The notes beneath the pieces were generated by a model. It was not told the DNA's origin and ran no database searches. It was given only the letters and a program-made list of their open reading frames with translations. A stretch of DNA of 64,000 nt from Candidatus Fervidifonticultor secundus (GTDB taxonomy: Bacteria; Sysuimicrobiota; Sysuimicrobiia; Sysuimicrobiales; Humicultoraceae): NCBI GenBank assembly GCA_031459385.1, contig JAVKIP010000015.1, positions 1 through 64,000 of the forward strand, given 5' to 3'. A program made the translations under genes and the position numbers. Position 1 is the stretch's first letter. Every line of letters begins with the position of its first letter. Shown here one piece after another: positions 17,585 to 26,458 of this stretch.

Positions 17585-18727
17585 ATGGCTACGCCACCCG
17601 GGAAGGTGCAGGTTGCCGAGGGCCTGGAAGGTGTCGTTGCGGGAACGTCGTCGATCTGCCTGGTGGACGGCGCCAGGGGCCGGTTGCTCTACCGGGGGTA
17701 CGACGCCGCTGACCTGGCCGACCGCGCGACCTTCGAGGAAGTGGCGTACCTCCTGTGGCACGGCGACCTCCCGGCCCGGCCAGCGCTCGACCAGCTCAGG
17801 GCCGACCTGGTGGCCGCCGGCCGGCTGCCGGCCCCGCTGGTCCAGATGCTGCGGCTGGTGCCGGCCGGGGCGCACCCCATGGCGGTGCTGCGCACCGCTG
17901 TCTCGGCCCTCGCCCACTTCGACCCCGATGCCCAGGACAACTCCCCTGCGGCCAACCTCCGGAAGGCGGTCCGGCTGACCGCGCAGGTGGCCGCCGTGGT
18001 CGCAGGGTTCCAGCGGCTGCGCACCGGGGCCGAGCCCCTGACGCCCCTGCCGACGCTCGGGCACGCCGCCAACTTCCTGTACCTGCTCCACGGCACCCTG
18101 CCCGATGCCGAGGTGGCCCGGGCGCTGGACGTGGTCCTGATCCTCCACGCCGATCACGAGTTCAACGCCAGCGCCTTCGCGGCGCGCGTGACCGCCGCGA
18201 CCCTTTCCGACCTGCACTCCGCCGTGGTTTCGGCGATCGGCACCCTGAAGGGCCCCCTGCACGGGGGTGCCAACGAGGAGGTCATGCGGCTGCTGGAGCA
18301 GATCGGGACCGTCGACCGGGTGGAACCGGTCATCGCCGAGATGCTGGAAGCCAGGAAAAAGGTGCCTGGCTTCGGGCACCGGGTCTACCGCACCGAGGAT
18401 CCGCGGGCGAGGATCCTGCGGCCGCTGTCGCAGCGGCTAGGCGAGCGGGCCGGCGACCCGCGCTGGTACGAGCTCACCAGGCGGGTCGAGGAGGTCACGA
18501 CCGCGGCCCGCAAGATTCACGCCAACGTCGATCTCTATTCGGCCTCGGTCTACCGCGCCATGGGTATCCCCATGGACCTCTACACAGCCGTCTTCGCCGT
18601 GAGCCGCATCGCCGGCTGGACCGCGCACGTGATGGAGCAGTACGCCGACAACCGGCTGATCCGGCCGGTGTCCGAGTACGTGGGGCCGCTCGACCGGGCC
18701 TTCGTGCCCCTCGAGCAGCGGCGGTAG
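17585..18727 (+). CDS. Citrate synthase / 2-methylcitrate synthase
   Basis: GLEGV, LHADHEFNAS, GPLHGGANE, GFGHRVY, NVD, SRIAGWTAH; GGAGG RBS. Confidence 0.95.
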   Translation: MATPPGKVQVAEGLEGVVAGTSSICLVDGARGRLLYRGYDAADLADRATFEEVAYLLWHGDLPARPALDQLRADLVAAGRLPAPLVQMLRLVPAGAHPMAVLRTAVSALAHFDPDAQDNSPAANLRKAVRLTAQVAAVVAGFQRLRTGAEPLTPLPTLGHAANFLYLLHGTLPDAEVARALDVVLILHADHEFNASAFAARVTAATLSDLHSAVVSAIGTLKGPLHGGANEEVMRLLEQIGTVDRVEPVIAEMLEARKKVPGFGHRVYRTEDPRARILRPLSQRLGERAGDPRWYELTRRVEEVTTAARKIHANVDLYSASVYRAMGIPMDLYTAVFAVSRIAGWTAHVMEQYADNRLIRPVSEYVGPLDRAFVPLEQRR

Positions 18728-18784
18728 GGGAAGCGCGGCCCCACGCGCGGATCTGCCGTCGAGGCTGCGGCCGTGCCTGCCCCC

Positions 18785-19588
18785 TCAGGTGCGGCGGGCT
18801 TCCAGGTCCGCCAGGAACTCCCGCACGGCCGCGGTGAAGGCCTCCGGCCGCTCCAGGTTGGCCAGGTGGCCGGCACCGGGGACGACGACCAGACGCGCCC
18901 CCGGGATGGCCGCGGCCATCGCGCGCGCCGCATCGGGCGGAGTCACGGTATCCTCCTCCCCCACGACAACGAGCACGGGCACGGCCAGACCCGATAGCAG
19001 CGGCCGGCTATCCGGGCGGGCGGCGATCGCCGCCAGCGCCACCGTCAGGCCCCGGGGATGCGCGGCGCACGCCATGCTGTGCACGGCCTCCAGCACGTCG
19101 GTCCGGTGCGCCCGGGTGGTGGGCCCGACGAGCGCCGCGGTGAAGTCGGCCAGGAACCCCTCGGGGCCCTCGCGCTCGATGCGCGCGATGCCGTCGAAGC
19201 GCCGCCGCCGGCCTTCCTCGGTGTCGGGGTCGGCGCGCGTGTCCGCGAGGATCACGGCGTCGACGCGCCCGGCAGCCTTCGCCAGCACGCGGAACACGAC
19301 ATAGCCGCCCATGGACAGGCCCCCCAGGACGAACCGGGAGAGCCCCAGGGCGTCGGTGACCCGCAGGACGTCGTCGGCGTAGTCCTCGAGCGTCATCGCT
19401 CCGGTCGGCGGATCGGAGGCGCCGAAGCCACGGAAGTCGGGCGCGACGACCTGCCAGCGCTCGCTCAGACCTTCGCCCTGAGGGCGCCACATGGCGCCGC
19501 TGAGGGGGAATCCGTGGAGCAGCACCACCGGGCGCCCCCTCCCCCACGTCTGGTAGTGGACGCGCACCCCGTTCGCTGTGAGGTACAT
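18785..19588 (-). CDS. Alpha/beta fold hydrolase
   Basis: LLHGFP, DFRGFG, GLSMGG nucleophile elbow, GEED, AGHLANLE. A TATAAT -10 lies on the minus strand at 19624-19629. Confidence 0.92.
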   Translation of the reverse strand: MYLTANGVRVHYQTWGRGRPVVLLHGFPLSGAMWRPQGEGLSERWQVVAPDFRGFGASDPPTGAMTLEDYADDVLRVTDALGLSRFVLGGLSMGGYVVFRVLAKAAGRVDAVILADTRADPDTEEGRRRRFDGIARIEREGPEGFLADFTAALVGPTTRAHRTDVLEAVHSMACAAHPRGLTVALAAIAARPDSRPLLSGLAVPVLVVVGEEDTVTPPDAARAMAAAIPGARLVVVPGAGHLANLERPEAFTAAVREFLADLEARRT

Positions 19589-19766
19589 GACACCTCCCCC
19601 TGGCCCGGTGCCCGCAGGGCCTCATTATATCCCGCTGGCACCGCGGCTGGCGCCCGTGAGCGCCCGGCGCGCCCCAGTTGCCGCGCGATGCGGGCCGCAG
19701 GGCCCGCGATCGGTCATGGTAGGGAGCGCCGGATACGGCAGCGGCACGGTGAGCCGGAGGTGCAAC

Positions 19767-20444
19767 ATGACGCAAGCGGCGCAGCTGGTCGAGGCCTACC
19801 TGCCTCTGGTGGGCGCCATCGCGCGCACGGTCGCGCGGCGGCTGCCTTCGACCGTCGACCACGGCGACCTGGTCAGCGATGGTGCGGTGGGGTTGCTGGA
19901 GGCGGTGCGCCGGTACGACCCCGCGCGGGGCGTGGGGTTCGGTGCGTACGCCGGCTACCGGATCAGGGGCGCGATCTACGACGGGTTGCGCGCCCGCGAT
20001 CCACTGTCCCGGGCGGCACGCCGCGCGGCCAGGGCTGCCGGTGGAGTGGCACCCCTGCAGTTCGTCGATCTCGAGCAGGCCGTGACGGTTCCTGACGACG
20101 CTGACGGTCCGGAGGCCCTGGTGCTGGAAGTCGACCTGCGGGCGCAGGTGCGGCGCGGCCTGCTGGCGTTGCCGCCGCGCGACCGCGAAGTCCTGATGTT
20201 GCGGTTCGTGCGGGGGCTCTCGGTCAGGCGCACCGCAGCGCAGCTGGAGCTCTCGGTCACCCGCGTGGTGGAGATCCAGCGGCGTGCCCAACAGCGGCTC
20301 AGGCGGCTGGTGGAGGGGGAGCCGTCGCGTCCGTGGCCCGCGCCGTCCCGCCGGCAGGAGGTGCGCCCGCGCATCCCGAAAAGGAGGCCTGCCGCGTTGG
20401 AGGTCTCGTCTGCCGCTGCGGTGGCCTGTGCCGCAGCGAGGTGA
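19767..20444 (+). CDS. FliA/WhiG (sigma-28)-like RNA polymerase sigma factor with shortened region 3
   Basis: Region 2 DLVSDGAVGLLEAVRRYDPARG..F.AYA.YRIRGAIYDGLR.RD; region 4 LPPRDREVLMLRF..GLS...A.QL.LSVTRV; GGAGG RBS. Confidence 0.88.
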   Translation: MTQAAQLVEAYLPLVGAIARTVARRLPSTVDHGDLVSDGAVGLLEAVRRYDPARGVGFGAYAGYRIRGAIYDGLRARDPLSRAARRAARAAGGVAPLQFVDLEQAVTVPDDADGPEALVLEVDLRAQVRRGLLALPPRDREVLMLRFVRGLSVRRTAAQLELSVTRVVEIQRRAQQRLRRLVEGEPSRPWPAPSRRQEVRPRIPKRRPAALEVSSAAAVACAAAR

Positions 20445-20513
20445 GCCGGCGCGGCCCCCCGTCCGTTCCGCCGACTCTTCCGGCTGGCCGCGTCTGGCCG
20501 AGCGTGGAGATCT

Positions 20514-21155
20514 ATGGGGCGCGATCGGCGCTGGCGGTGGGCAACGCGCGCGGTGCGCGGGTTCCCGCACTGGCAGGCGGGCGCGCAGGTCCATGCCCTG
20601 GCCAACGTGCTGGCGGCGACCGGGATGCTGGCACGACGCCGCCCCGAGGCGGCAGAGGACCTGCTGGCGCACCTCGCTGCGTACCTGCGCGGGCTGCTGC
20701 GCCCCGCGCGTTCGGTGGCGCCGCTCGCCGAGGAACTGCGGCTCGTCCTCGCCCTGGTCGGGGTCGAGCGGGCCCGCCTGGGAGGGCGCCTCAGGCTCGA
20801 GGTGAGCTGCCATCCCGAGGCGCTGACGGTACTGGTGCCGCCGCTCGTGCTCCACCCGCTGGTCGAGAACGCCATCCAGCATGCCGTAGCCCGACGCGCA
20901 GAAGGCAGCCACGTCTGCATACGCGTGCGGCTGGTCTCAGGGCGGCTGGTGCTGGCGGTGGCCGACGACGGCCCCGGCATCCAGCGGCCGCTGCCCGCCC
21001 ACGCTGGCGGTGGGCTCGTAGCGCTCCGCTGCCGGCTGGCGGCGCTGTGGGGCCGGCAGGCCAGGGTGCGGGTGCTGCGCCGGCGGTGTGGGGGCACGCT
21101 GGCCGTGGCCATCCTGCCGGCCGTCGGTCCGCGTCTGGCCGGACCGGGAGGATGA
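20514..21155 (+). CDS. LytS/YehU-type histidine kinase core with no sensor domain
   Basis: AQVHALANVL (degenerate QINPHFLFNTL), PLAEEL, ERARLG, PPLVLHPLVENAIQHA, VADDGPG, GGGL...RL. Confidence 0.8.
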   Translation: MGRDRRWRWATRAVRGFPHWQAGAQVHALANVLAATGMLARRRPEAAEDLLAHLAAYLRGLLRPARSVAPLAEELRLVLALVGVERARLGGRLRLEVSCHPEALTVLVPPLVLHPLVENAIQHAVARRAEGSHVCIRVRLVSGRLVLAVADDGPGIQRPLPAHAGGGLVALRCRLAALWGRQARVRVLRRRCGGTLAVAILPAVGPRLAGPGG

Positions 21156-21156
21156 G

Positions 21157-21978
21157 GTGACGCGGATCCTGCGCGCGCTGGTGGCCGATGACGAAGCGCC
21201 GGCCCGCGCGCACCTGCGCGAGCTGCTGGACGAGAGCGGTGTACGCGTCGTGGCCGAATGCGCCTCCGGCCGGCAGGTGCTGGCCGCGCTGGAAGCAGCG
21301 CGGCCCGATCTGGTGTGCCTGGACGTGCGCATGCCTGATCTGGACGGGGTCGAGGTGGCGCGGCACCTTGGGCCCGCGCGCCGGCCGGTGGTCGTCTTCA
21401 CCACCGGCTTCGCCGACTACGCGGCTGCCGCATATGACCTCGACGCGGCGGACTACCTGCTGAAGCCGCTGTCGGCAGCACGGGTGCGCGAGGCCGTCCG
21501 CCGCGTGCACGCGCGGCTGCGGAGCGCGGAGGCGGGGCCGGCGGCGCCGGGCGTCGTTCCGCGGCTGTTCCTCGCCGTGGGGGACCACCGGCTGGCGGTG
21601 CCACCGGCGTCGATCGCGTACGTCGAGGCCCGCGGGACGGCCTGCGTCGTCTACGGCGACGCGGGAACCGTGACGGTGCGCGCGCCGCTGGCCCGCTTCG
21701 AACAGGCGCTATGCGCCCACGGGTTCCTGCGAACCCATCGGGCGTACCTGGTGAACCTGTGCCGCGTCCGTGCCCTCGTGCCGTGGTCGCGCCATGTGCA
21801 TACGCTGCTCCTCGACGGCCCGCAGGAGACCCACGTGCCGGTCGCCAAGTCACGACTCGCCGCGTTTCGGCGCAGCGTGATCTGGATGGCGGCGGGAGGA
21901 GCACATGGAGTTGGGGCTGCAGGGGCGCGTGGCGGTCGTGGCCGGGGGGAGCCGGGGACTCGGCCGCGCGATCGCTGA
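21157..21978 (+). CDS. LytTR-family response regulator
   Basis: LVADDEAPAR, LDVRMPDLDG, FTTG, DYLLKP; LytTR domain FLRTHRAYLVNL; C-terminal tail overlaps the next gene by 74 nt. Confidence 0.92.
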   Translation: MTRILRALVADDEAPARAHLRELLDESGVRVVAECASGRQVLAALEAARPDLVCLDVRMPDLDGVEVARHLGPARRPVVVFTTGFADYAAAAYDLDAADYLLKPLSAARVREAVRRVHARLRSAEAGPAAPGVVPRLFLAVGDHRLAVPPASIAYVEARGTACVVYGDAGTVTVRAPLARFEQALCAHGFLRTHRAYLVNLCRVRALVPWSRHVHTLLLDGPQETHVPVAKSRLAAFRRSVIWMAAGGAHGVGAAGARGGRGRGEPGTRPRDR

Positions 21979-22714
21979 GGGGCTGGCGACCGAGGGCGCG
22001 CGCGTGGTCATCTGCGCGCGGTCGGCCGATGCGGTGGTGGCGGCCGCCGCAGCGATCAACACCGCGGAGGCGGTGCGGGCGGCGGCGGGCGAGGTCATCC
22101 CCGTGGTCGCCGACGTTGGCCAGGCAGCCGACTGCCAGCGGGTGGTCGACGAGGCCCTGCGGCGCTGGGCGCGCGTCGACATCCTGGTGACCAACGCGGG
22201 CGGGCCGCCGTCAGGGCCGGTGGCCACCGTCTCCGACGCGCAGTGGGAGGCCGCGGTGCAGTCGCTGCTGCTGGGGGCGGTGCGGTTGTCGCGGGCGGCC
22301 ATCCCGAGCATGCGGGAGCGGCGGTGGGGCCGCATCCTGCACATCACCTCGTTCACGGTCAAGCAGGTGCTGCCGAACCTGGTGCTGTCCAATGCGGTGC
22401 GCTTGGCGGTCGTGGGGCTGGCCAAGACCCAGGCCGTCGAGCTGGGGCCCTACAACATCCTGGTGAACACGCTGTGCCCGGGTCCCATCGCGACCGACCG
22501 TCTCATGGACCTGACCCGGCAGTACGCGGAGCGGCAGGGTGTCTCGGCGGAGGAAGCCCGCCAGCGCCTGTGGCTGTCCCAGATCCCGCTGGGCCGGCTG
22601 GGCAAGCCGCGGGAGTTCGCGGCGCTGGCGGTGTTCCTGGCCTCAGAACAGGCGTCGTTCATCACGGGGGGGACGTTCCAGGTCGACGGGGGCGCGGTCA
22701 AGGGACCGTGCTAA
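21905..22714 (+). CDS. SDR family oxidoreductase (atypical, SNxxR in place of YxxxK)
   Basis: AGGSRGLG, LVTNAGGP, LSNAVR, VDGG. Confidence 0.9.
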   Translation: MELGLQGRVAVVAGGSRGLGRAIAEGLATEGARVVICARSADAVVAAAAAINTAEAVRAAAGEVIPVVADVGQAADCQRVVDEALRRWARVDILVTNAGGPPSGPVATVSDAQWEAAVQSLLLGAVRLSRAAIPSMRERRWGRILHITSFTVKQVLPNLVLSNAVRLAVVGLAKTQAVELGPYNILVNTLCPGPIATDRLMDLTRQYAERQGVSAEEARQRLWLSQIPLGRLGKPREFAALAVFLASEQASFITGGTFQVDGGAVKGPC

Positions 22715-24093
22715 TGGGCGGCGATATCTCCACGTATATCGACGCGCATCAACCGCAGCACCTCGCGCGGGTTCAGGCCTTCGTGCGGCAGCCCAGCGTC
22801 AGTGCCGACGGCACGGGTGTCGCTGCGATGGCCGACCTGGTGGCGCAGACGATCCGCGAGGTCGGCGGCACGGCGGAACGCTGGCCCACGGCGGGGCATC
22901 CGGTGGTCTACGGCCGGCTCGACGCCGGCGCGCGGCGCACGCTGCTTTTCTACGGCATGTACGACGTGCAGCCAGTGGAGGGCGAGGAGTGGAGCGTGCC
23001 GCCGTTTGCGGGTGAGGTGCTGGAGGTGCCCGGGCACGGGCCCTGTCTGGTCGCGCGCGGCGCGGCCAACCAGAAGGGGCCGCTGGCCGGCTTCTGCAAT
23101 GTGCTGGCGGCCTTCCGCGCGCTGGGGGCGCCGCCTCCGGTCAACATCGTCTTCCTGATCGAAGGTGAGGAGGAACTGGGCAGCCGGCACCTGCCCGAGG
23201 CGGTGCGGACGCACCGCGACGCGCTGCGGGCCGATGCCGCGTTCTTCGGTGCTTACGGCCAGGACGCGCGAGGGATCCCGGCCGTCTACCTGGGAGTGAA
23301 GGGCATCATCTTCATGGAGCTGGTCTGCCACGGCGGAGCCTGGGGCGGTCCCCAGACCCGCATGATCCACGGGAGCAACGCGGCCTGGATCGGCAGCCCG
23401 CCGTGGCGCCTGTTGCAGGCGCTCGTCTCGATGATGGGTCGCGACGAGCAGATCTTGATCGACGGGTTCTACGACGAGGTGGCGCCGCCGGATGCCGACG
23501 AGGAGCGGCTCTACGAGCGTCTGGCCGAGGTCTTCGACGCGCAGACGGTGCTGCGCCAGCACGACGTCCGGCGCTTCAAGCTGGAGGGGCAGGGCGAGAC
23601 GCTGCTGCGCAACTACCTGGGCCTGCCCACGCTGAACATCGACGGCCTCACCGCGGGCTGGATGGGGCCGGGCTCGAAGACCGTGCTGCCGCACGAGGCC
23701 CGTGCCCGCGTGGACATCCGCCTGGTGCCGGCCATGAGCATCGAGCGCACGCTGGCCCGCCTGCGGGCGCACCTGCGCGCGCAGGGGCTCGACGACGTCG
23801 AGGTCGACGTCTGGCAGGCGTACCCCTGGGCGCAGACGCCCTGGCGGGCGTCCGTGGTCCAGGCCCTGCTGCAGGCGATCCGCGACCAGGGCCTCGAGCC
23901 CTACGCCTGGCCGCGGATCGCGGGCAGCGCGCCCATGTACCTGTTCTCGCAGGTGCTCGGCCTGCCGTTCGTCATGGGCGGGCTCGGGCACGGCGGCCGT
24001 CAGCACGGCCCGAACGAGTACGCCCGCCTGGAGGGCATGCGGCTCTACGAGCGGTCGGTGGCGGCGTTTCTGCAGCGGTTCGCGTCAACGTAG
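22714..24093 (+). CDS. M20/M25/M40 family metallo-dipeptidase
   Basis: YGMYDVQP, ARGAANQKG, EGEEELGS, HGPNEY. Confidence 0.88.
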   Translation: MGGDISTYIDAHQPQHLARVQAFVRQPSVSADGTGVAAMADLVAQTIREVGGTAERWPTAGHPVVYGRLDAGARRTLLFYGMYDVQPVEGEEWSVPPFAGEVLEVPGHGPCLVARGAANQKGPLAGFCNVLAAFRALGAPPPVNIVFLIEGEEELGSRHLPEAVRTHRDALRADAAFFGAYGQDARGIPAVYLGVKGIIFMELVCHGGAWGGPQTRMIHGSNAAWIGSPPWRLLQALVSMMGRDEQILIDGFYDEVAPPDADEERLYERLAEVFDAQTVLRQHDVRRFKLEGQGETLLRNYLGLPTLNIDGLTAGWMGPGSKTVLPHEARARVDIRLVPAMSIERTLARLRAHLRAQGLDDVEVDVWQAYPWAQTPWRASVVQALLQAIRDQGLEPYAWPRIAGSAPMYLFSQVLGLPFVMGGLGHGGRQHGPNEYARLEGMRLYERSVAAFLQRFAST

Positions 24094-24181
24094 GCACGTC
24101 GCGGGCTGCGGCGCGCCGCCGGCCGGCAGACGACGGCGCTCGCGCCCCCGGGGGCGCGGCTGCTATACTGACAGGTGGTTT

Positions 24182-24259
24182 GCCCCCATCGTCTAGGCAG
24201 GTCCAGGACACCGGTCTTTCAAGCCGGCAACGCGGGTTCGAATCCCGCTGGGGGCACCA
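24182..24259 (+). tRNA. tRNA-Glu (TTC)
   Basis: GCCCCCA/TGGGGGC acceptor stem, anticodon arm CCGGT-CT-TTC-AA-GCCGG, GGTTCGAATCC, encoded CCA; extended -10 TGCTATACT at 24161. Confidence 0.97.
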
Positions 24260-24293
24260 GCCACCCGCTCCCCGAGTGCTCGCCGGGCTGTCG

Positions 24294-24731
24294 CTACCAC
24301 CCGGCGGCCCACGGGAGCGCAATCGCTCCCGGGCCCGTGAAGAGGAGCGCCAGCGCCGCAACCACTAGCGCAAACTCAAACTCCCACCCCGTCCCGTCCG
24401 GCTCCATGAAGCGCTTCTTCGCCATGCCCCGTTTGACCAGCAGGATCGCCACCAGCATCTCGATGGCGAATCCGAGGGCGAGGAGACGCGTCGCCACACC
24501 CAGGACGAGGAGGACCGCCCCGGCGGTCTCCAGCAGCGCGACGACCCAGGCGAAGAGCCCCGGCAGCGGGACGCGCAGCTGCTGCAGCCAGCCGCTGAAA
24601 CCGCGGACGCCGCCGACGGGGCCCCGCGGGTTCAGCTTCATCCAGCCGTGGAAGGGGAAGAGGACACCGAACCCGAGGCGGAGGATCAACAGTCCCCAGT
24701 CGCTCAGCGGGGAAAAGATATCTGCGAGCAT
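24294..24731 (-). CDS. DoxX family membrane protein
   Basis: GLLILRLGFG..F..HGWMKL, E.AGA.LL.LG..TR, GWEFE, GPG; AGGAGG RBS. Confidence 0.9.
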   Translation of the reverse strand: MLADIFSPLSDWGLLILRLGFGVLFPFHGWMKLNPRGPVGGVRGFSGWLQQLRVPLPGLFAWVVALLETAGAVLLVLGVATRLLALGFAIEMLVAILLVKRGMAKKRFMEPDGTGWEFEFALVVAALALLFTGPGAIALPWAAGW

Positions 24732-24773
24732 GTGCGCGTCCTCCTGTGCGGCATTGTTCTTCTTTCATATAAG

Positions 24774-24796
24774 TGACTTGACAAAAGTAAGTCAAG
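24774..24796. promoter_or_regulatory. AT-rich nested inverted repeat (operator) over the doxX promoter region
   Basis: TGACTT-N9-AAGTCA and CTTGAC-N8-GTCAAG in TGACTTGACAAAAGTAAGTCAAG. Confidence 0.6.
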
Positions 24797-24914
24797 GGGG
24801 ACGATCGGAGGCGCGGCAGGCGCAGGCGATGTTCGCCTGCGGGAGGGCCAGGTGCCCGCACCGCACTCGGGAAGACCGGGCCCGCCGCTACAACGCGCTC
24901 GAGAGGGGGATGCG

Positions 24915-26066
24915 ATGATGCGCAGGATCGTCCAGCTGCTGATCCCGGCCCTGCTGGTCTCGCACGGCATCGGGCTGATCCGGGCGGAAGCGCAGGCGCC
25001 CCGGTCGCCGACCCCCGAGCCGACGGCGGCCCCCGCGCGGGTCGTCACGGTAGTGGAGGGACTGGAGCGCCCCTGGGGGATGGTCTTCCTTCCCGACAGG
25101 CGCATCCTGGTCACCGAACGGCCCGGACGTCTCCGCATCGTCGATGGCACCGGACGCCTCTCGGCCCCGCTGCCAGGCGTCCCCCAGGTCCTGGCACAAG
25201 GGCAGGGCGGCCTGCTCGACGTCGCGCTGAGCCCCACCTTTGCCCGGGACCACCTGGTCTACCTGTCGTTCGCGGAGCCGGGCGAAGGGGGAGCGGGCAC
25301 TGCGGTCGCGCGCGGGCGCCTGGGGGCGGCCGGTCTCGAGGGGACCCAGGTCATCTGGCGCCAGCAGCCGAAAGTCGCCAGCGTCAACCACTGGGGGTCG
25401 AGGCTCGTCTTCCGCCGCGACGGGACGCTCTTCGTGACGCTGGGAGATCGGTTCGCCTATCGGGAGCGAGCGCAGGACCTCTCGACGACGATCGGCAAGA
25501 TCGTGCGGATCAACGCAGACGGCTCGGTGCCGCGGGACAACCCGTTCGTCGGGCGAGAGGGCGTGCGCCCGGAGATCTGGTCGTACGGCCACCGAAACGT
25601 GCAGGCGGCGGCCCTCCACCCCGAGAGCAGGCAGCTCTGGACGGCCGAGCACGGCGCCCGCGGCGGCGACGAACTCAACCGTGTAGAGGCGGGCAAGAAC
25701 TACGGCTGGCCTGTCATCACATACGGCGTCGACTACTCGGGGGCGAAGATCGGGGAGGGCACCGCGCGGGCCGGGATGGAGCAGCCGGTGTACTACTGGG
25801 ATCCGGTGATCGCGCCCTCAGGGATGGTCTTCTACACCGGCACCGCCTACCCGGGGTGGACCGGGAGCATGTTCATCGGCTCGCTCACGCCGGGGCTGCT
25901 CGTGAGGCTCACGCTGGAGGGGGACCGGGTGATGCGGGAGGAGCGGTATCTGGCAGAGCTAGGCGAGCGCATTCGCGATGTGGTGCAGGGACCTGACGGC
26001 TTGCTTTACCTGGCGACGGACAATCCGCGCGGACGCATTCTCCGCCTGGTGCCGACTGGGCGCTGA
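24915..26066 (+). CDS. PQQ-dependent sugar dehydrogenase (YliI/Asd-like), secreted
   Basis: Signal peptide; [58 protein letters not shown]. Confidence 0.93.
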   Translation: MMRRIVQLLIPALLVSHGIGLIRAEAQAPRSPTPEPTAAPARVVTVVEGLERPWGMVFLPDRRILVTERPGRLRIVDGTGRLSAPLPGVPQVLAQGQGGLLDVALSPTFARDHLVYLSFAEPGEGGAGTAVARGRLGAAGLEGTQVIWRQQPKVASVNHWGSRLVFRRDGTLFVTLGDRFAYRERAQDLSTTIGKIVRINADGSVPRDNPFVGREGVRPEIWSYGHRNVQAAALHPESRQLWTAEHGARGGDELNRVEAGKNYGWPVITYGVDYSGAKIGEGTARAGMEQPVYYWDPVIAPSGMVFYTGTAYPGWTGSMFIGSLTPGLLVRLTLEGDRVMREERYLAELGERIRDVVQGPDGLLYLATDNPRGRILRLVPTGR

Positions 26067-26246
26067 ACGCTCGTCCCGTTGCCGCCCGGCCGCCACGCGC
26101 TCGACTGCGGTGTCGGTCGCCTGCGTGGCGACGACGAGCCTGAACGCGACGCGCGTGCAGGAGCCGCACGTCGCGGCTGCGAAGACGGCAACGCCGCGCC
26201 GGTCGAAGTGGGAACGAGAACCCGGCGGGGTGCGCGAGGAGTGGCG

Positions 26247-26390
26247 ATGCTGCGCCGCGTGGCGGAGTTGGTCGGTCAGGTGACCGGTGACAGCCGGAAG
26301 GAATGGCTCGTGGTCGCCAGCGTGCTGGTGCTGCTGGCGCTGGCGGTGGCCTTGGGCTGGATTCGCCTGGAGCTGCCCCGCGCGCCGTAA
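26247..26390 (+). CDS. Small single-pass membrane protein (47 aa)
   Basis: GAGGAG RBS, ATG 26247, one clear TM segment WLVVASVLVLLALAVALGWI. Confidence 0.6.
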   Translation: MLRRVAELVGQVTGDSRKEWLVVASVLVLLALAVALGWIRLELPRAP

Positions 26391-26458
26391 CGACCTCCGA
26401 AGGTGCCGGCCCCCTGGGCTCCCCTGCCCGGCGGCGGCCGGGCCAACGGCCCCCCGGG

